Source: an uncultured Candidatus Binatia bacterium | GTDB lineage: Bacteria > Desulfobacterota > Binatia > Bin18 | Assembly (NCBI GenBank): GCA_965214605.1 | Contig: OZ243961.1 | Span: 1,984,001-2,048,000 of the forward strand | Length of the DNA: 64,000 nt | Reading direction: 5' to 3' | Part shown: piece after piece, positions 39,168-49,484 of the stretch | How positions within the stretch are numbered: the first letter of the stretch is position 1 | Layout: the number at the start of each line of letters is the position of its first letter | Program-made: the position numbers and the translations under genes | The notes under the pieces: generated by a model | What the model was told of the DNA's origin: nothing | Seen by the model: the letters and a program-made list of their open reading frames with translations, nothing else | Databases searched by the model: none

Positions 39168-39743
39168 CTACGGAGCTGAAGGGCGGTCAAGTGACCGTTT
39201 CAACCAGTCCCGGACCGTCCCCAGCCAGGGCGGATCAGGTCGAGCGGGAATAGGCGCTATGGTGGGGAGCGGGCTTTCCTTCCACCACTCCAAGCGCGTC
39301 GTCTGGAGCTGAGCAAGCCGGGCAATTGCCGGAACGAGTTGTGTCAGAATGGACCGCTCGTCCGCTCCACCTTCAAGGAGCAGGTCCATCTGTACCATGT
39401 AGCTCTCCGAGCCGGCCATCTGGCTCGGCCCGCTGACCAGGTCTGTGATCTCGGGTATGGCTGCCTTCAGGGTCTCGCCGGCAACCGCCGACAAGGCTTC
39501 CCTGACGGCAGTTCGGGACGCGGCGTCGGGCGTGTCCACAAGAAAGCTGAGAGAGAGATAGCTCAGCGTGGCGGTGTGATCTTTCGGCTGAGCAATCCGA
39601 CACAGTCCAACCAGCGACTCTTTCCCCGGCCGTTCAAGCCCGAAGTCAAAGAAAGCCAATGTCCGTTCACCGGCATACAGGTCAATAATCTCCTGCCCAA
39701 TGTCAATCAGTTCCTGCGCGTCCTGTCTGTTTCTGGCCGCCAT
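39168..39743 (-). CDS. Hypothetical protein
   Basis: About 190-aa ORF with protein-like composition, co-oriented with neighbours; no motif recognised. Confidence 0.6.
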   Translation of the reverse strand: MAARNRQDAQELIDIGQEIIDLYAGERTLAFFDFGLERPGKESLVGLCRIAQPKDHTATLSYLSLSFLVDTPDAASRTAVREALSAVAGETLKAAIPEITDLVSGPSQMAGSESYMVQMDLLLEGGADERSILTQLVPAIARLAQLQTTRLEWWKESPLPTIAPIPARPDPPWLGTVRDWLKRSLDRPSAP

Positions 39744-39878
39744 CTGTTTCTTTCCGTCCATCCCACTGTGTTCCGAACCCAAGTCACAAATCAAGCGGTC
39801 AGGTCTTGCAGAGGGACTGATCAGCGGCCGAAGGCTCTCGACCGAGGCACAGCCCTCATCACTACGGCCAAACCAGTC

Positions 39879-40307
39879 TCAGGACTGCTTCAGGCCCAGG
39901 TCGCCAGCAATGTCAAAGTGAATCTTGCGGACCTTGAACCGCCACGTCTCTCCCTGCTTGACCAACAGGTCTTCGTAACGACCAGCCAGCGAGGTCATGA
40001 TGCCCTGATCGCCTTCGCGTAGCACGACGATGTAGCTATCAGCCTTGGCCTCTGTGCCGTTGACCTGGATCATGCTGTTCATGGTGCAGTGTTTGCGGGC
40101 CGGTCCTTCACCCTGCAGGGGGACTGCTTTGGCAATGAAATCCCGAATCGCTGCCCGACCCTGGACTTTTCCCCGAGGTCCAGCATCAAAAAGGGCGTCC
40201 TCGCTAAACAGCCCTGCCCATTTGTCAAACTCACCATCGTCTACATAAAAGCAGTAGGCGGACAAAACATCCCGAATCGCTTCTTTTTCTTCCACGACTG
40301 ACGCCAT
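39879..40307 (-). CDS. SnoaL/NTF2-like protein
   Basis: AIRDVLSAYC..VD, GRAAI, GRYED.LV...WRFK.R. Confidence 0.88.
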   Translation of the reverse strand: MASVVEEKEAIRDVLSAYCFYVDDGEFDKWAGLFSEDALFDAGPRGKVQGRAAIRDFIAKAVPLQGEGPARKHCTMNSMIQVNGTEAKADSYIVVLREGDQGIMTSLAGRYEDLLVKQGETWRFKVRKIHFDIAGDLGLKQS

Positions 40308-40376
40308 AATGGAATCCTCCCTGTGGTTCACGGCCAGGGACGAAACACGTTCGCCTCTAGCCATGTTCCTCTTAGA

Positions 40377-41504
40377 TTAGTCAAGCCTGTACATGTCAGC
40401 CGCGTTCTTCACCACCAGCTTATACACATCGGCCTCTGGCAGCCCGGCAAAATCCCTGCTAATCGCTTCTTGCGAATACGGAAATGTCCCCTCAGTATGG
40501 GGATAGTCTGAGCCCCACATAAGCCGATCCATTGGGATCAGCCCCTCGCGCGCTAGAATAATTCCGGATCGGTCTTCCTCAAACGTGGCCCAAAACTGTC
40601 GGTTAAAATAAAAACTCGGCGGCTCTTCTAACTGCGGCTCCATCCAGCGGCGATGATCCGCCCACCAGTGATCCATGAAGCCTAACACTGACGGGATCCA
40701 GCCAATACCCGACTCAGCAATGATAAAGCGCATCTTGGGATACTTCTGCGCCACGCCGCTCCAAATCAATTCGGCCATGCCCAGCTCGCCGGTTACGATC
40801 TTGGCGTGCACAACCCCGACACCAATCCCCAGTTTCACAAAGTTGTCATACACAGGCTCGCCGGTCGTCCCAATATGGATCGAGACCGGATACCCAATCT
40901 CCTCAAGTGCGGCCCACAGCGGCTCGTATTCCGGCCGTGAGTAGGGCCGACCAACCATGGTTGTAGGGATGGAGATCGTCTTGATGCCTGGCAGCTTGGC
41001 CGATCGATAGGCTTCCTCCACCGCCCACTCCACCGGCCCTCGCATCGGTACCATCGATCCACCTAAGAAGCGGTCCGGCGCAACCGCACAGAACTCGCTC
41101 ACCCAGTCGTTATATACGCGGATGCTCTCTCGTTGATATTCCGCGTCCGGGGCTGCCCAAAACTGTAGGCCAAACGCACCCGGGTACATCACCTCAGCCC
41201 GGATGTTATCCAGCTCCAGATCGGTTAGACGCGCCTGGGGGTCCCAAGCGCCGGGCCGCGTATCGGCGTGCCGATGGCCACCCAGCATCTTAATTTCTCC
41301 GGCAATCTTGTCCTCCATCGAGGCGCCCTCAAGACCGACCGGAAATGGCGTTACTCCGTCGATAATGTAGAAATCTGCGTCCTCTCGGGCCTCGACACGA
41401 GGCGCCCGGTCGCGGAAACGCTTATCCATGCGAGTCGTCCACAGATCGGCCGGCTCCACAACATGCCCGTCGGCCGAGACGTAACCCCCTTCAAAGTTTG
41501 CCAT
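40377..41504 (-). CDS. Amidohydrolase_2 family protein
   Basis: SADGHVVEP, VSIHIGT, WGSDYPH. Confidence 0.92.
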   Translation of the reverse strand: MANFEGGYVSADGHVVEPADLWTTRMDKRFRDRAPRVEAREDADFYIIDGVTPFPVGLEGASMEDKIAGEIKMLGGHRHADTRPGAWDPQARLTDLELDNIRAEVMYPGAFGLQFWAAPDAEYQRESIRVYNDWVSEFCAVAPDRFLGGSMVPMRGPVEWAVEEAYRSAKLPGIKTISIPTTMVGRPYSRPEYEPLWAALEEIGYPVSIHIGTTGEPVYDNFVKLGIGVGVVHAKIVTGELGMAELIWSGVAQKYPKMRFIIAESGIGWIPSVLGFMDHWWADHRRWMEPQLEEPPSFYFNRQFWATFEEDRSGIILAREGLIPMDRLMWGSDYPHTEGTFPYSQEAISRDFAGLPEADVYKLVVKNAADMYRLD

Positions 41505-41629
41505 ACATACCCTCCTTATGGTTGGGAGAAAAATACCAGCGGCGGATAAAGTGGCCGCTGATACCAGACAACGAAAAAGTACTCCCAAGCATGAATGCTC
41601 TGGCTTCTCCTTGTCAACAGCAGCGCTCA

Positions 41630-42900
41630 GACCGTCCGAGGGCCGGAGCACCCTGCCTGGAAAGATTCTTGCCAAGGCTCTCCATGGTCAAGCAAAATCT
41701 CACCGCATCATACGTCATCCCCTCTATCTGCTCAACCAAACGCTGCCTGTCACCGGACACCAATCGTTCACCCCCTCCAACACCCCTTGACCGTCTCAAG
41801 ATCAAAGATCACCATATTTGCCTCCACGCCTGGCGCAAGGCGTCCTTATCTTTTGAGGATCCATAAAATCGGCTTGCCTGGCGGTTAAGCGTTGGACTGC
41901 TCTTTCCTAGGGATCAGGTACCCCGTTTGTGCTCCATCACAGAGAGATGGGAACACCAGAGTTACGGATCTCTTTGGTATCTCTGATAAGCGGGTAGCAC
42001 GGTACGGATTGGTGATTATTGCTTGGCCCATATCCGGGTTGGTGTTTGTGGACGTGTGCAGAGAGTCCGTCTCCAGATTCTCGACAATGACCGGGCCGAG
42101 TAAGGCCCTTATCGGCCCAACGCGACGACTTCTTCACTGTTCTTATTGATCGAAGACCTCCCTCCCCTTTGCTTTTAAATTCCTCCTGAAAGGCGGGAGG
42201 TTCATACAGGCACTCTCCTTCTCCCGGCTGAGGAGGAGCGAGCAAAGATAGACGGGGCAGGCGGGGTAGGTAGGGGTAGGGCGGCCTACGGAGGGATGGA
42301 CGTCCCCGCCTCGCCATACGGCGCGACGGTTTTGAGAACGTCATGGTAGACATAGGGGGGTCCGCTCAAGCAGGGCCGGCCAGGGGAGCGGACGTTCGAT
42401 TGCGTTCGGCCGGTGTGTCTTCTACCAGCATGCCAGCCAGGTCGGGGAGAGTTCGATGACGCCGTGGCCGACCTCTCGCAAGACATCCGCCAATGCGCCT
42501 GACTCTTCGTGAGCAGCGAGATGACTGGGCTGCCGGGACACCCCGTCGGACAAGCCCTCGTCCGCCGCGCAGTACCGCCGGAAGCCCGAGTCTGGATCCT
42601 GACTCTCCCAATCGACGAGGTCCTCATCCCTCTAGGCGGCGTCAACCGCTTCAGGCATGTTGAAGATGCCAGTGCTATGCAGCTCCCAAAAGGCGTTGAC
42701 CTCTTTGGGGCGGCTTTGAGACTTCATAAACGCCGTGGCGGGCGGCCATACGTAACTTGTTAAGCGGGAGGGCAGCCCGACACGGTCGAGTATTAAGCTC
42801 GTATGGGCCTTGATGGTCCCGTTGCAGGACAAGATTGAAGCCCACAGGCGTGTCTCCACGTGCTTCCGACCTAGAGGATGAACACAGGTGCCAAGTCGCC
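41630..42900 (-). pseudogene. Heavily decayed deacylase-like amidohydrolase
   Basis: Collinear fragments PSHLAAHEE..ALADVLREVGHGVIE, NTNPDMGQAIITNPY, GRLAPGVEANMVIFDLET and PGRVLR. Confidence 0.55.
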
Positions 42901-42955
42901 CGAACCACCGGTCAAAACAATCCGCCCTCCTCTCTCCTAGAGCGGCCTCTGTGAA

Positions 42956-44182
42956 CTAACCGCTGTCGCTCACAATGCCGGCATTGACAAGCTGAACGAT
43001 TTGCTCTTCATCGTAACCAAGATTTTGTAATATCCGGCCGGTGTGTTCGCCTAGACCGGGAGCCGGCAAGGGTGATAGAGTGGCCATCGGCTCGGAACAC
43101 AGCCAGGGGACATTAATGGTTGTGTAGGTCCCGGCTACCGGGTGGTCCAACTCTTTGAGCATACCCAAGGCTTCGACCTGCGGACTATGAAACAGCGTCT
43201 CGGCCGTATTCATCCGTACGATCGTGCCGCCCATCCCCTGTACCAGTTGCTGCAGGTCATCAAAACTCCAGCTGGCCAAGAACGGTTTTAACTCGTCGGC
43301 TAACTCGGCCCGGTTATTCAAACGCTTAAACCACTCGTCGAATCTAGGGTCAGTGCCGAGCTGGGGCGTTCCAAGCGTCGTGCACAGAATCTGCCAGGAT
43401 TCATTTTGGTTGCCCCAGTCCATCAGAAAGTTGGCGTCTTTGCACTCAAAGCCATGGTCTGGAGCTTCCGTATACCCGGATATCGGCCGCGCACGCCACT
43501 CATCCGGGTTGCTTTCTGCAGCGGTCGCCCACTGCATGATAGCAACAGCAGCATCCAGCAAAGAGGTTTCAACACGTTGGCCTTCACCGCTCGACTCGCG
43601 CGAGTACAGGGCAGCCAGAATGCCTTGGCAAGCCACCCAGGCCGTGTTTGAAGAAATAATGTCAAAACCGACCCGCAGCGGCAGTTCGTCGGCCCTCCCA
43701 AGCTGACGGAATTTTCCGACAAACGTTTGCAGATCAAGTTCGGTGGCGGGTGTCTGGTTCAAAGGCCCCTGGCTGCCGTAGCCAGAGATAGAACAATAGA
43801 TCAGCCCCCGGTTGTGTTGAGACAGCTCAGCGTAGGACAGTCCCAAACGCTCGACAACCCCAGTCGTATATCCCTCGATGAACACGTCGGCGCCCCTGCT
43901 CAGACGCTGAACAATGTCCTGACCGGTCCGCTCCTTCAGGTTGATGCAGGTGCCCTTTTTGTTCCGATTGAGGCGGATGAACAGGTCGGACTCAGCGTTA
44001 GTGAAAGGCCCGATCGTCCGCAGCCAGTCACCTTCTAGGGGTTCAACCTTGATGACCTCAGCTCCCAGATCGCCCAGCATCGTGGAACACAGCGGGCCAG
44101 TAACTCCTTGGGAGATATCAACAATCGTAATGCCTTCGAGTGCCAAGGCCATAGCCGTTCTCTCATGCTTGGATATAGTCAC
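42956..44182 (-). CDS. Class III CoA-transferase (CaiB/BaiF), probable non-catalytic subunit
   Basis: LGDLGAEVIKVEP, NRNKK, APGLGEHT; Ser at the usual catalytic Asp position. Confidence 0.88.
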   Translation of the reverse strand: MTISKHERTAMALALEGITIVDISQGVTGPLCSTMLGDLGAEVIKVEPLEGDWLRTIGPFTNAESDLFIRLNRNKKGTCINLKERTGQDIVQRLSRGADVFIEGYTTGVVERLGLSYAELSQHNRGLIYCSISGYGSQGPLNQTPATELDLQTFVGKFRQLGRADELPLRVGFDIISSNTAWVACQGILAALYSRESSGEGQRVETSLLDAAVAIMQWATAAESNPDEWRARPISGYTEAPDHGFECKDANFLMDWGNQNESWQILCTTLGTPQLGTDPRFDEWFKRLNNRAELADELKPFLASWSFDDLQQLVQGMGGTIVRMNTAETLFHSPQVEALGMLKELDHPVAGTYTTINVPWLCSEPMATLSPLPAPGLGEHTGRILQNLGYDEEQIVQLVNAGIVSDSG

Positions 44183-45366
44183 GCTGCCGACACCCGCGAG
44201 CGATCTAGTGTGACGCCCAGCTCGTGCAAAATCTCCTGCTGATGCTCACCGAGTTGGGGAGCTGGACGGGTAATTGACGTGGTATCACGACTAAACCGCC
44301 ACTGAGCCCGACTGACATTACACAGCCCCCAGGGAGTCTTGATGGTGTCGATCATGCGATTGGCCTGGGTCTGGGGATGCTCTTTCACATAGTGACTACG
44401 CGGCCTGTCGCGTCGATACTGGGCGCACGGCACGCCATGGGCTTTCAGCACTGCTTCCCACTGCCAGGCTGCCTTCTTTTTGAAGTGGGCCTCCAGCAGC
44501 GCTACCAAAGTCTCCCGGTTTTTGATGCGCTCGGCGTTGGTGACAAACCGTGGGTCACGAATCAGCTGGGACAGATTCAGGGCTTCACACAGGCGGGCCC
44601 ACATGCCGTTATGGATGACAGACACACTGATTTCTCCCAGCGCGGTTGAGAAAGCCTGGTCAGGCACGATATTGGGGCGCGAGCTGCCCATCCGCTCAGG
44701 CACCTTTCCGGTCGAGAAATACTCTGCATAACGAGTCAGGCCAGCCAGGGCCGTGGCGTGTAACTGGCTGGTTTCGATTTTCATTCCCCGACCAGTCTTG
44801 GAACGGACGTACAGCGCGGCGAGCAAGCCTATGCAGTTGAGCATGGCTGCGTTCCAATCTAAATTGGCCGTGCCACGTAGAAATTCCGGCTCACCGCCTG
44901 GTTTGCCGTTCAAGCTGGTATAACCACCAGCCGCTTGGGTCATCCATTCGTGGCTGAGCATACCTTTCCACGGCCCTCGGTTACCAAAGGCGGATGCCTG
45001 CAAATAGATGATCCGAGGGTTGATCTTACGCTGGACCTCATAACCTAGGCCCAGACGTTCCATAATGTCGCCAGAGCGGAAGTTATCCAGCGTGACGTCG
45101 GCCGTGGCAACCAGTTTACAGGCAATCTCGCGCTCGGTATCGTTCTTGAGATCTAAACACACAGCGCGTTTGGTGTGGTTATTGCCGATAAAGGTCGTCC
45201 CCATGCCCCCCATCGTCGGGCCGCTAGGTCGGCGGACAATATCTCCACGGGGGTGCTCGACCTTGATCACATCTGCGCCGAGCAAACCGAGATAGGTGGC
45301 GGCAAGCGGGCCAACCGCGGCCATCCCAAAATCCAGCACTCGTATGTCTTTGAGCGGTCCAGCCAT
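44179..45366 (-). CDS. Class III CoA-transferase (CaiB/BaiF)
   Basis: PLKDIRVLDF, LGADVIKVEHP.GD, ANLDWNAA, APQLGEH. Confidence 0.9.
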   Translation of the reverse strand: MAGPLKDIRVLDFGMAAVGPLAATYLGLLGADVIKVEHPRGDIVRRPSGPTMGGMGTTFIGNNHTKRAVCLDLKNDTEREIACKLVATADVTLDNFRSGDIMERLGLGYEVQRKINPRIIYLQASAFGNRGPWKGMLSHEWMTQAAGGYTSLNGKPGGEPEFLRGTANLDWNAAMLNCIGLLAALYVRSKTGRGMKIETSQLHATALAGLTRYAEYFSTGKVPERMGSSRPNIVPDQAFSTALGEISVSVIHNGMWARLCEALNLSQLIRDPRFVTNAERIKNRETLVALLEAHFKKKAAWQWEAVLKAHGVPCAQYRRDRPRSHYVKEHPQTQANRMIDTIKTPWGLCNVSRAQWRFSRDTTSITRPAPQLGEHQQEILHELGVTLDRSRVSAA

Positions 45367-45499
45367 AATGCCCTCCTTCCCCGTTCGAGGCTTACTGTGC
45401 CCCGAACCCGGAGCAGAAATCAAGCGTTCGAGCCCGCCTCTCGGTTGAGACAACGGGCCCCGACCTGTCGTGGCAGTCCGCCGGATATGACGAGCTCGA

Positions 45500-46161
45500 A
45501 CGTCAGGTCAGCAAACGAGTTCAATAGCTCAAAGTAGTCTATCCCCATCTGGGCAGTTACCTTCTGGTCAATAGTCTCTTGCGCTATCTCAATCTGCTGC
45601 TCTTAGTATGCCTTGTGTGTAATCTGGCCAGTGCTGGGCTGGGGGGGGGCGGCGGACGGACTTCTCACGCCGTATCCGTCTTGGGTCTGTCGAGCTTTGG
45701 TGGTCAAATCTGGCACGAATACAAAGTCCGTGCGTTCGTGCTTCAGTACCACCACGACCTGAGCGCCGTCTAGATCGGACAACTTTTACGCGAGGAACTC
45801 CAGCCCGACTCCCACGTCGTCCCAAGTCAGGCTGGAGTACACCCTCTCGAAAATCTGGAAACCATATGTCACAAGCAAGGACTTGACCTGTGCGATTTCA
45901 GCCGCTTCGAAAGAACCGGCAGCCGCCATATGCGGAAGGTCCTTGTGAGGCCCCCTCCCAACCTGTTTGGCCCCGGCAGGCCGGCAATACCTCCAGCCCT
46001 CGCCGACACGCCTGATAGGCAAGCCGGCTGGGGCCTCGCAGGTTGGTCCTCACGGGTTTGAGCCCATAACGCAGTCTTCCTCCAACACCCCGGACCTCTA
46101 CATTATGGACGGCCAGACAGACAATACGCTCACGTGTGGGTATCTCCTGCGACTGGACTGA
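45500..46161 (+). pseudogene. Possible decayed short-chain dehydrogenase
   Basis: Weak fragments NLAS.G, HAVSVLGLSSF..HEYKVR and AVFL...YIMDGQT..CGYLL. Confidence 0.3.
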
Positions 46162-46263
46162 ATTGAGCACCAGTGGCCCGGCCCAAGTTCACACCCACGG
46201 CTGGTAAAAGCGCAGGGCTCGTTGTAAGACTAGAGACAGGACAGCATTGTTAAGGAGGGGAAT

Positions 46264-47619
46264 ATGCCACAGATATACAAAAACGCTCGGCTGATTGACG
46301 GCCTGGCGGATCAGCCCCGGGAAGGCGTGTCCATTGTCGTCGAGGGCGAACGTATCACCCAGGTCACCAGCGATGACGCCCCGGTTCCGGCCGGAGCCGA
46401 GATCGTTGATCTGACGGGCAAGACGGTCGTACCAGGTCTGATCGACACTCATGTGCACGCTACGTTGTTGGACAGCGAATCGCTGCCCCTGTTTCTGGCC
46501 GGCGGAGTAACAACCGCCCGGGATGTGGGCGGCAAATTGGAGAAGGTCAAACAGCTGCGGGAAGATCTGAACACCGGCACCAAGCTTGGGCCGCGTTTGT
46601 TCATCCTAGGTCCGTTGCTCGACGGAGTGGACCAGAGCATGGACTATAACAGTGAGCTGGGCGAAATACTTGACAGCGTCCCATCGCCGGAAGCCGTGCC
46701 GCAAAAAATCGGCGATTTGCTCAAGGCCGGTGTCGATGGGGTGAAGCTGTACTTCACTCTCCCGCCCGACACGGCTAAAGCGATTATTCGCTTTGTCGAT
46801 AAGCGCGTGCCGGTCACCGGCCACCTGGGCTATACCCACTCGCTCGATCTCATCAATGAGGGCATTGACGGCTTAGAGCACATGTGGATCTCGCCCTACA
46901 ATGAGTTTTGTGCTCTGGACATGCAGTTTGGCGCCGGTGCGTCTATGATGGAGCCCAGTTTTTGGACCCAGATTACCAAAGGCTGGGAAGAAGCCGACCT
47001 GCAGGGTGAAGGCGCTAAGACCTGGTTCGGCGCCATGGTTGATAAGCAGGTCAACATGGGGACAACTCTCGACCTGTTGTGGCTAGCAAAATTTGGTACC
47101 GAAGCCGCACTTAAAGATCCAGACCGCCGCTATATTCCCCCTATGGCCCTGAGACGCCAGCGGGCCATGGCCGCCCGTATTGGCGAGCGGCCCGATTGGG
47201 ATATTCACCCCGGCATATTTGACCCGGCAAAGTGTGCCAAAGCGCTGGAAAAACACCAGGATGCGACCCGCATCCTGCATGAATCCGGGGGACTGGTGGT
47301 TGGCGGCACCGATTGCGGCGGCCTGCCCTACCCGCCACCAGGCTTTGCCCTCCTGCGCGAGATTGAGCTTTTGGCCGAAGCGCTTGGAGCGATGGATGCG
47401 ATTAAGGCGGTGACTTCGGTCGCCGCACGTTATCTGCGCCAACAGGACAATGTTGGCAGTGTGGCCCCAGGTCGCTATGCGGATTTTTCGATTCTCGACG
47501 GCGACCCGCTCCGTGACGTGCGGGAGCTCCGCAATAAAACCGCGGTCGTGCGTGGCGGGGTGAGCTATGACCCGGTCGAGCTGCTGGAGCAGGTACCGCA
47601 CTCTGACCTCGTAAACTAG
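46264..47619 (+). CDS. Amidohydrolase (Amidohydro_1, HutI-like)
   Basis: PGLIDTHVH, DGVKLY, TGH, LEH, GGTD. Confidence 0.9.
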   Translation: MPQIYKNARLIDGLADQPREGVSIVVEGERITQVTSDDAPVPAGAEIVDLTGKTVVPGLIDTHVHATLLDSESLPLFLAGGVTTARDVGGKLEKVKQLREDLNTGTKLGPRLFILGPLLDGVDQSMDYNSELGEILDSVPSPEAVPQKIGDLLKAGVDGVKLYFTLPPDTAKAIIRFVDKRVPVTGHLGYTHSLDLINEGIDGLEHMWISPYNEFCALDMQFGAGASMMEPSFWTQITKGWEEADLQGEGAKTWFGAMVDKQVNMGTTLDLLWLAKFGTEAALKDPDRRYIPPMALRRQRAMAARIGERPDWDIHPGIFDPAKCAKALEKHQDATRILHESGGLVVGGTDCGGLPYPPPGFALLREIELLAEALGAMDAIKAVTSVAARYLRQQDNVGSVAPGRYADFSILDGDPLRDVRELRNKTAVVRGGVSYDPVELLEQVPHSDLVN

Positions 47620-47722
47620 AGGACAATAACACTGAACGCGGAATGATGAAGAGAGAAGACATCGGCGCGTTCGGGTCTTGCGCCGCCTTGCCATCGGTGC
47701 GGGGCGGCGCTAAGAGGAACCG

Positions 47723-49012
47723 ATGGACCAACACCGATTCAACCAACAGCTGACCAACTTTTTGACCGTCTCCCCAACCCCTTTCCACGCGGTCGAGCAG
47801 ATGGCCGTGGGCCTATCGGAGGCCGGGTTTGAGCGCTTAGCCGAGACCGACACCTGGTCGATGCGACCTGCCGGTCGCTATTTTATTACCCGTAACGACT
47901 CGGCGCTTATTGCCTGGACCGTACCGGTCGAGGAATCGCTGGCCGAGAGCGGTTTTCGGATGGTCGGAGCGCATACCGATTCGCCGTGTCTCAAGGTTAA
48001 GCCCCAGCCCGAGGTGCACCGCCATGGCTGTGTCCAGCTTGGGGTCGAAGTCTACGGCGGAGTTTTACTCAACCCGTGGTTTGATCGCGATTTGTCGCTC
48101 GCCGGCCGGGTCAGCTATCTGAATCGACGTGGCCAGGTCGCTCACCGTTTGCTCAATTTCTCGCAAGCCGTGGCAATCATTCCCAGCCTAGCCATTCATC
48201 TTGACCGCCAGGCCAACACCAGCCGCTCGATCAATGCCCAAACCTATCTCCCCCCCATACTCGGACAGACCGAGGAAAAACCGGACTTGCGAACCCTCCT
48301 CCACCGACGGCTTGAGGCCGACGGCGGCTCAGATGTCTCTCAGGTGTTGGATTATGAGTTATTTTTCTATCCTACCCAGCCCCCAGAGTTCATCGGTCTG
48401 GAACAAGAGTTTATCGCCTCGGCCCGCCTCGACAACCTGCTGAGCTGTTTCATCGGTTTGCAGGCGCTGCTCGGATCAAATACCGACCAGGCCGCCCTCC
48501 TGGTGGCCAACGATCATGAAGAGGTGGGGAGCGCCTCAACGTCCGGGGCGCGCGGACCGATGCTCAGGCAGATGCTGGAGCGCGTCCTACCCGACCCCCA
48601 GCAGCGCGGTCGGGCGCTATCACGATCTATGATGATTTCCACTGATAACGCCCACGGCGTACACCCCAATTTCTCCGACCGACATGAGGATAACCACGGT
48701 CCGCTGCTCAACCACGGCCCGGTCATCAAGCTCAACGCCAACCAACACTACGCGACCAATAGCGAGACCAGCGCCGTTTTCCGCAAACTGGCCGCAGAGG
48801 AGGACGCACCGGTGCAAGCCTTTGTGGTGCGCAGCGATATGGCCTGTGGCAGCACGATCGGACCCCTGACCGCAGCCGAGATTGGCGTACGGACATTGGA
48901 TGTGGGCGTGCCCCAGTGGGCCATGCACTCTGCCCGTGAAGTTGCGGGAACACGGGACGCCTTCAGTCTGAGCCGGATCTTGCGCCGATTTTTCAGAACG
49001 GCCGCGCTGTAG
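47723..49012 (+). CDS. apeB: M18 family aspartyl aminopeptidase
   Basis: SPTPFHAV, GAHTDSP, ARLDN, DHEEVGS, CGSTIGP, AMHSARE. Confidence 0.93.
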   Translation: MDQHRFNQQLTNFLTVSPTPFHAVEQMAVGLSEAGFERLAETDTWSMRPAGRYFITRNDSALIAWTVPVEESLAESGFRMVGAHTDSPCLKVKPQPEVHRHGCVQLGVEVYGGVLLNPWFDRDLSLAGRVSYLNRRGQVAHRLLNFSQAVAIIPSLAIHLDRQANTSRSINAQTYLPPILGQTEEKPDLRTLLHRRLEADGGSDVSQVLDYELFFYPTQPPEFIGLEQEFIASARLDNLLSCFIGLQALLGSNTDQAALLVANDHEEVGSASTSGARGPMLRQMLERVLPDPQQRGRALSRSMMISTDNAHGVHPNFSDRHEDNHGPLLNHGPVIKLNANQHYATNSETSAVFRKLAAEEDAPVQAFVVRSDMACGSTIGPLTAAEIGVRTLDVGVPQWAMHSAREVAGTRDAFSLSRILRRFFRTAAL

Positions 49013-49484
49013 AGGGGGAGCTGTGCCTTAGGGAGGCCGCTTGCGCCGACTCCTGGCAGCTGTGACATGTATATTATTGGCGTGACCTGTGCGCCGGCCG
49101 GCGCAAACCCCATCGCTCCGACTTCCTCGGTAAAAGCAGGGGACGACCTGCAAGAGAGCGGTGGTACGTCCACCCCCCTCGCAGACGACAGTCGGTTTCC
49201 GTCCGACCGGGTAGATATGTCGGGCGAGATTGAGGGCGTGCTATATTTCAACGTCAGACTGAGGGACACGGGGACAGGCGCCCACGAGGTATGGCCCGGC
49301 GTATGGCGGTTTGAAAAAAACCACTGTGTCGGTGACGCTAGGCTGGACTATGTGCCCAGGGCGTTTGATTTCCTCGTCTCCCGCCAGCCATTCTACCTGC
49401 TCTGGGAGCACCTTGGAACGTTCGGATCCAGCGTGGGGTCCGGATAAAAACGCCGCTGCCCAACACTCATAAGGAACGAAGAAC

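Noticed and set aside
42178-42205. IS200/IS605-like end hairpin (CCTCCTG-AAAGG-CGGGAGG-TTCA)
   Set aside because: Weak resemblance; no tnpA/tnpB remnant recognised.
42254-42281. G-quadruplex motif GGGG-N5-GGGG-N6-GGGG-N2-GGG
   Set aside because: Single occurrence inside decayed DNA with no functional context.
49067-49447. 126-aa ORF between apeB and the TIGR03084-like gene
   Set aside because: No RBS or family motif recognised; cannot be supported as a gene.
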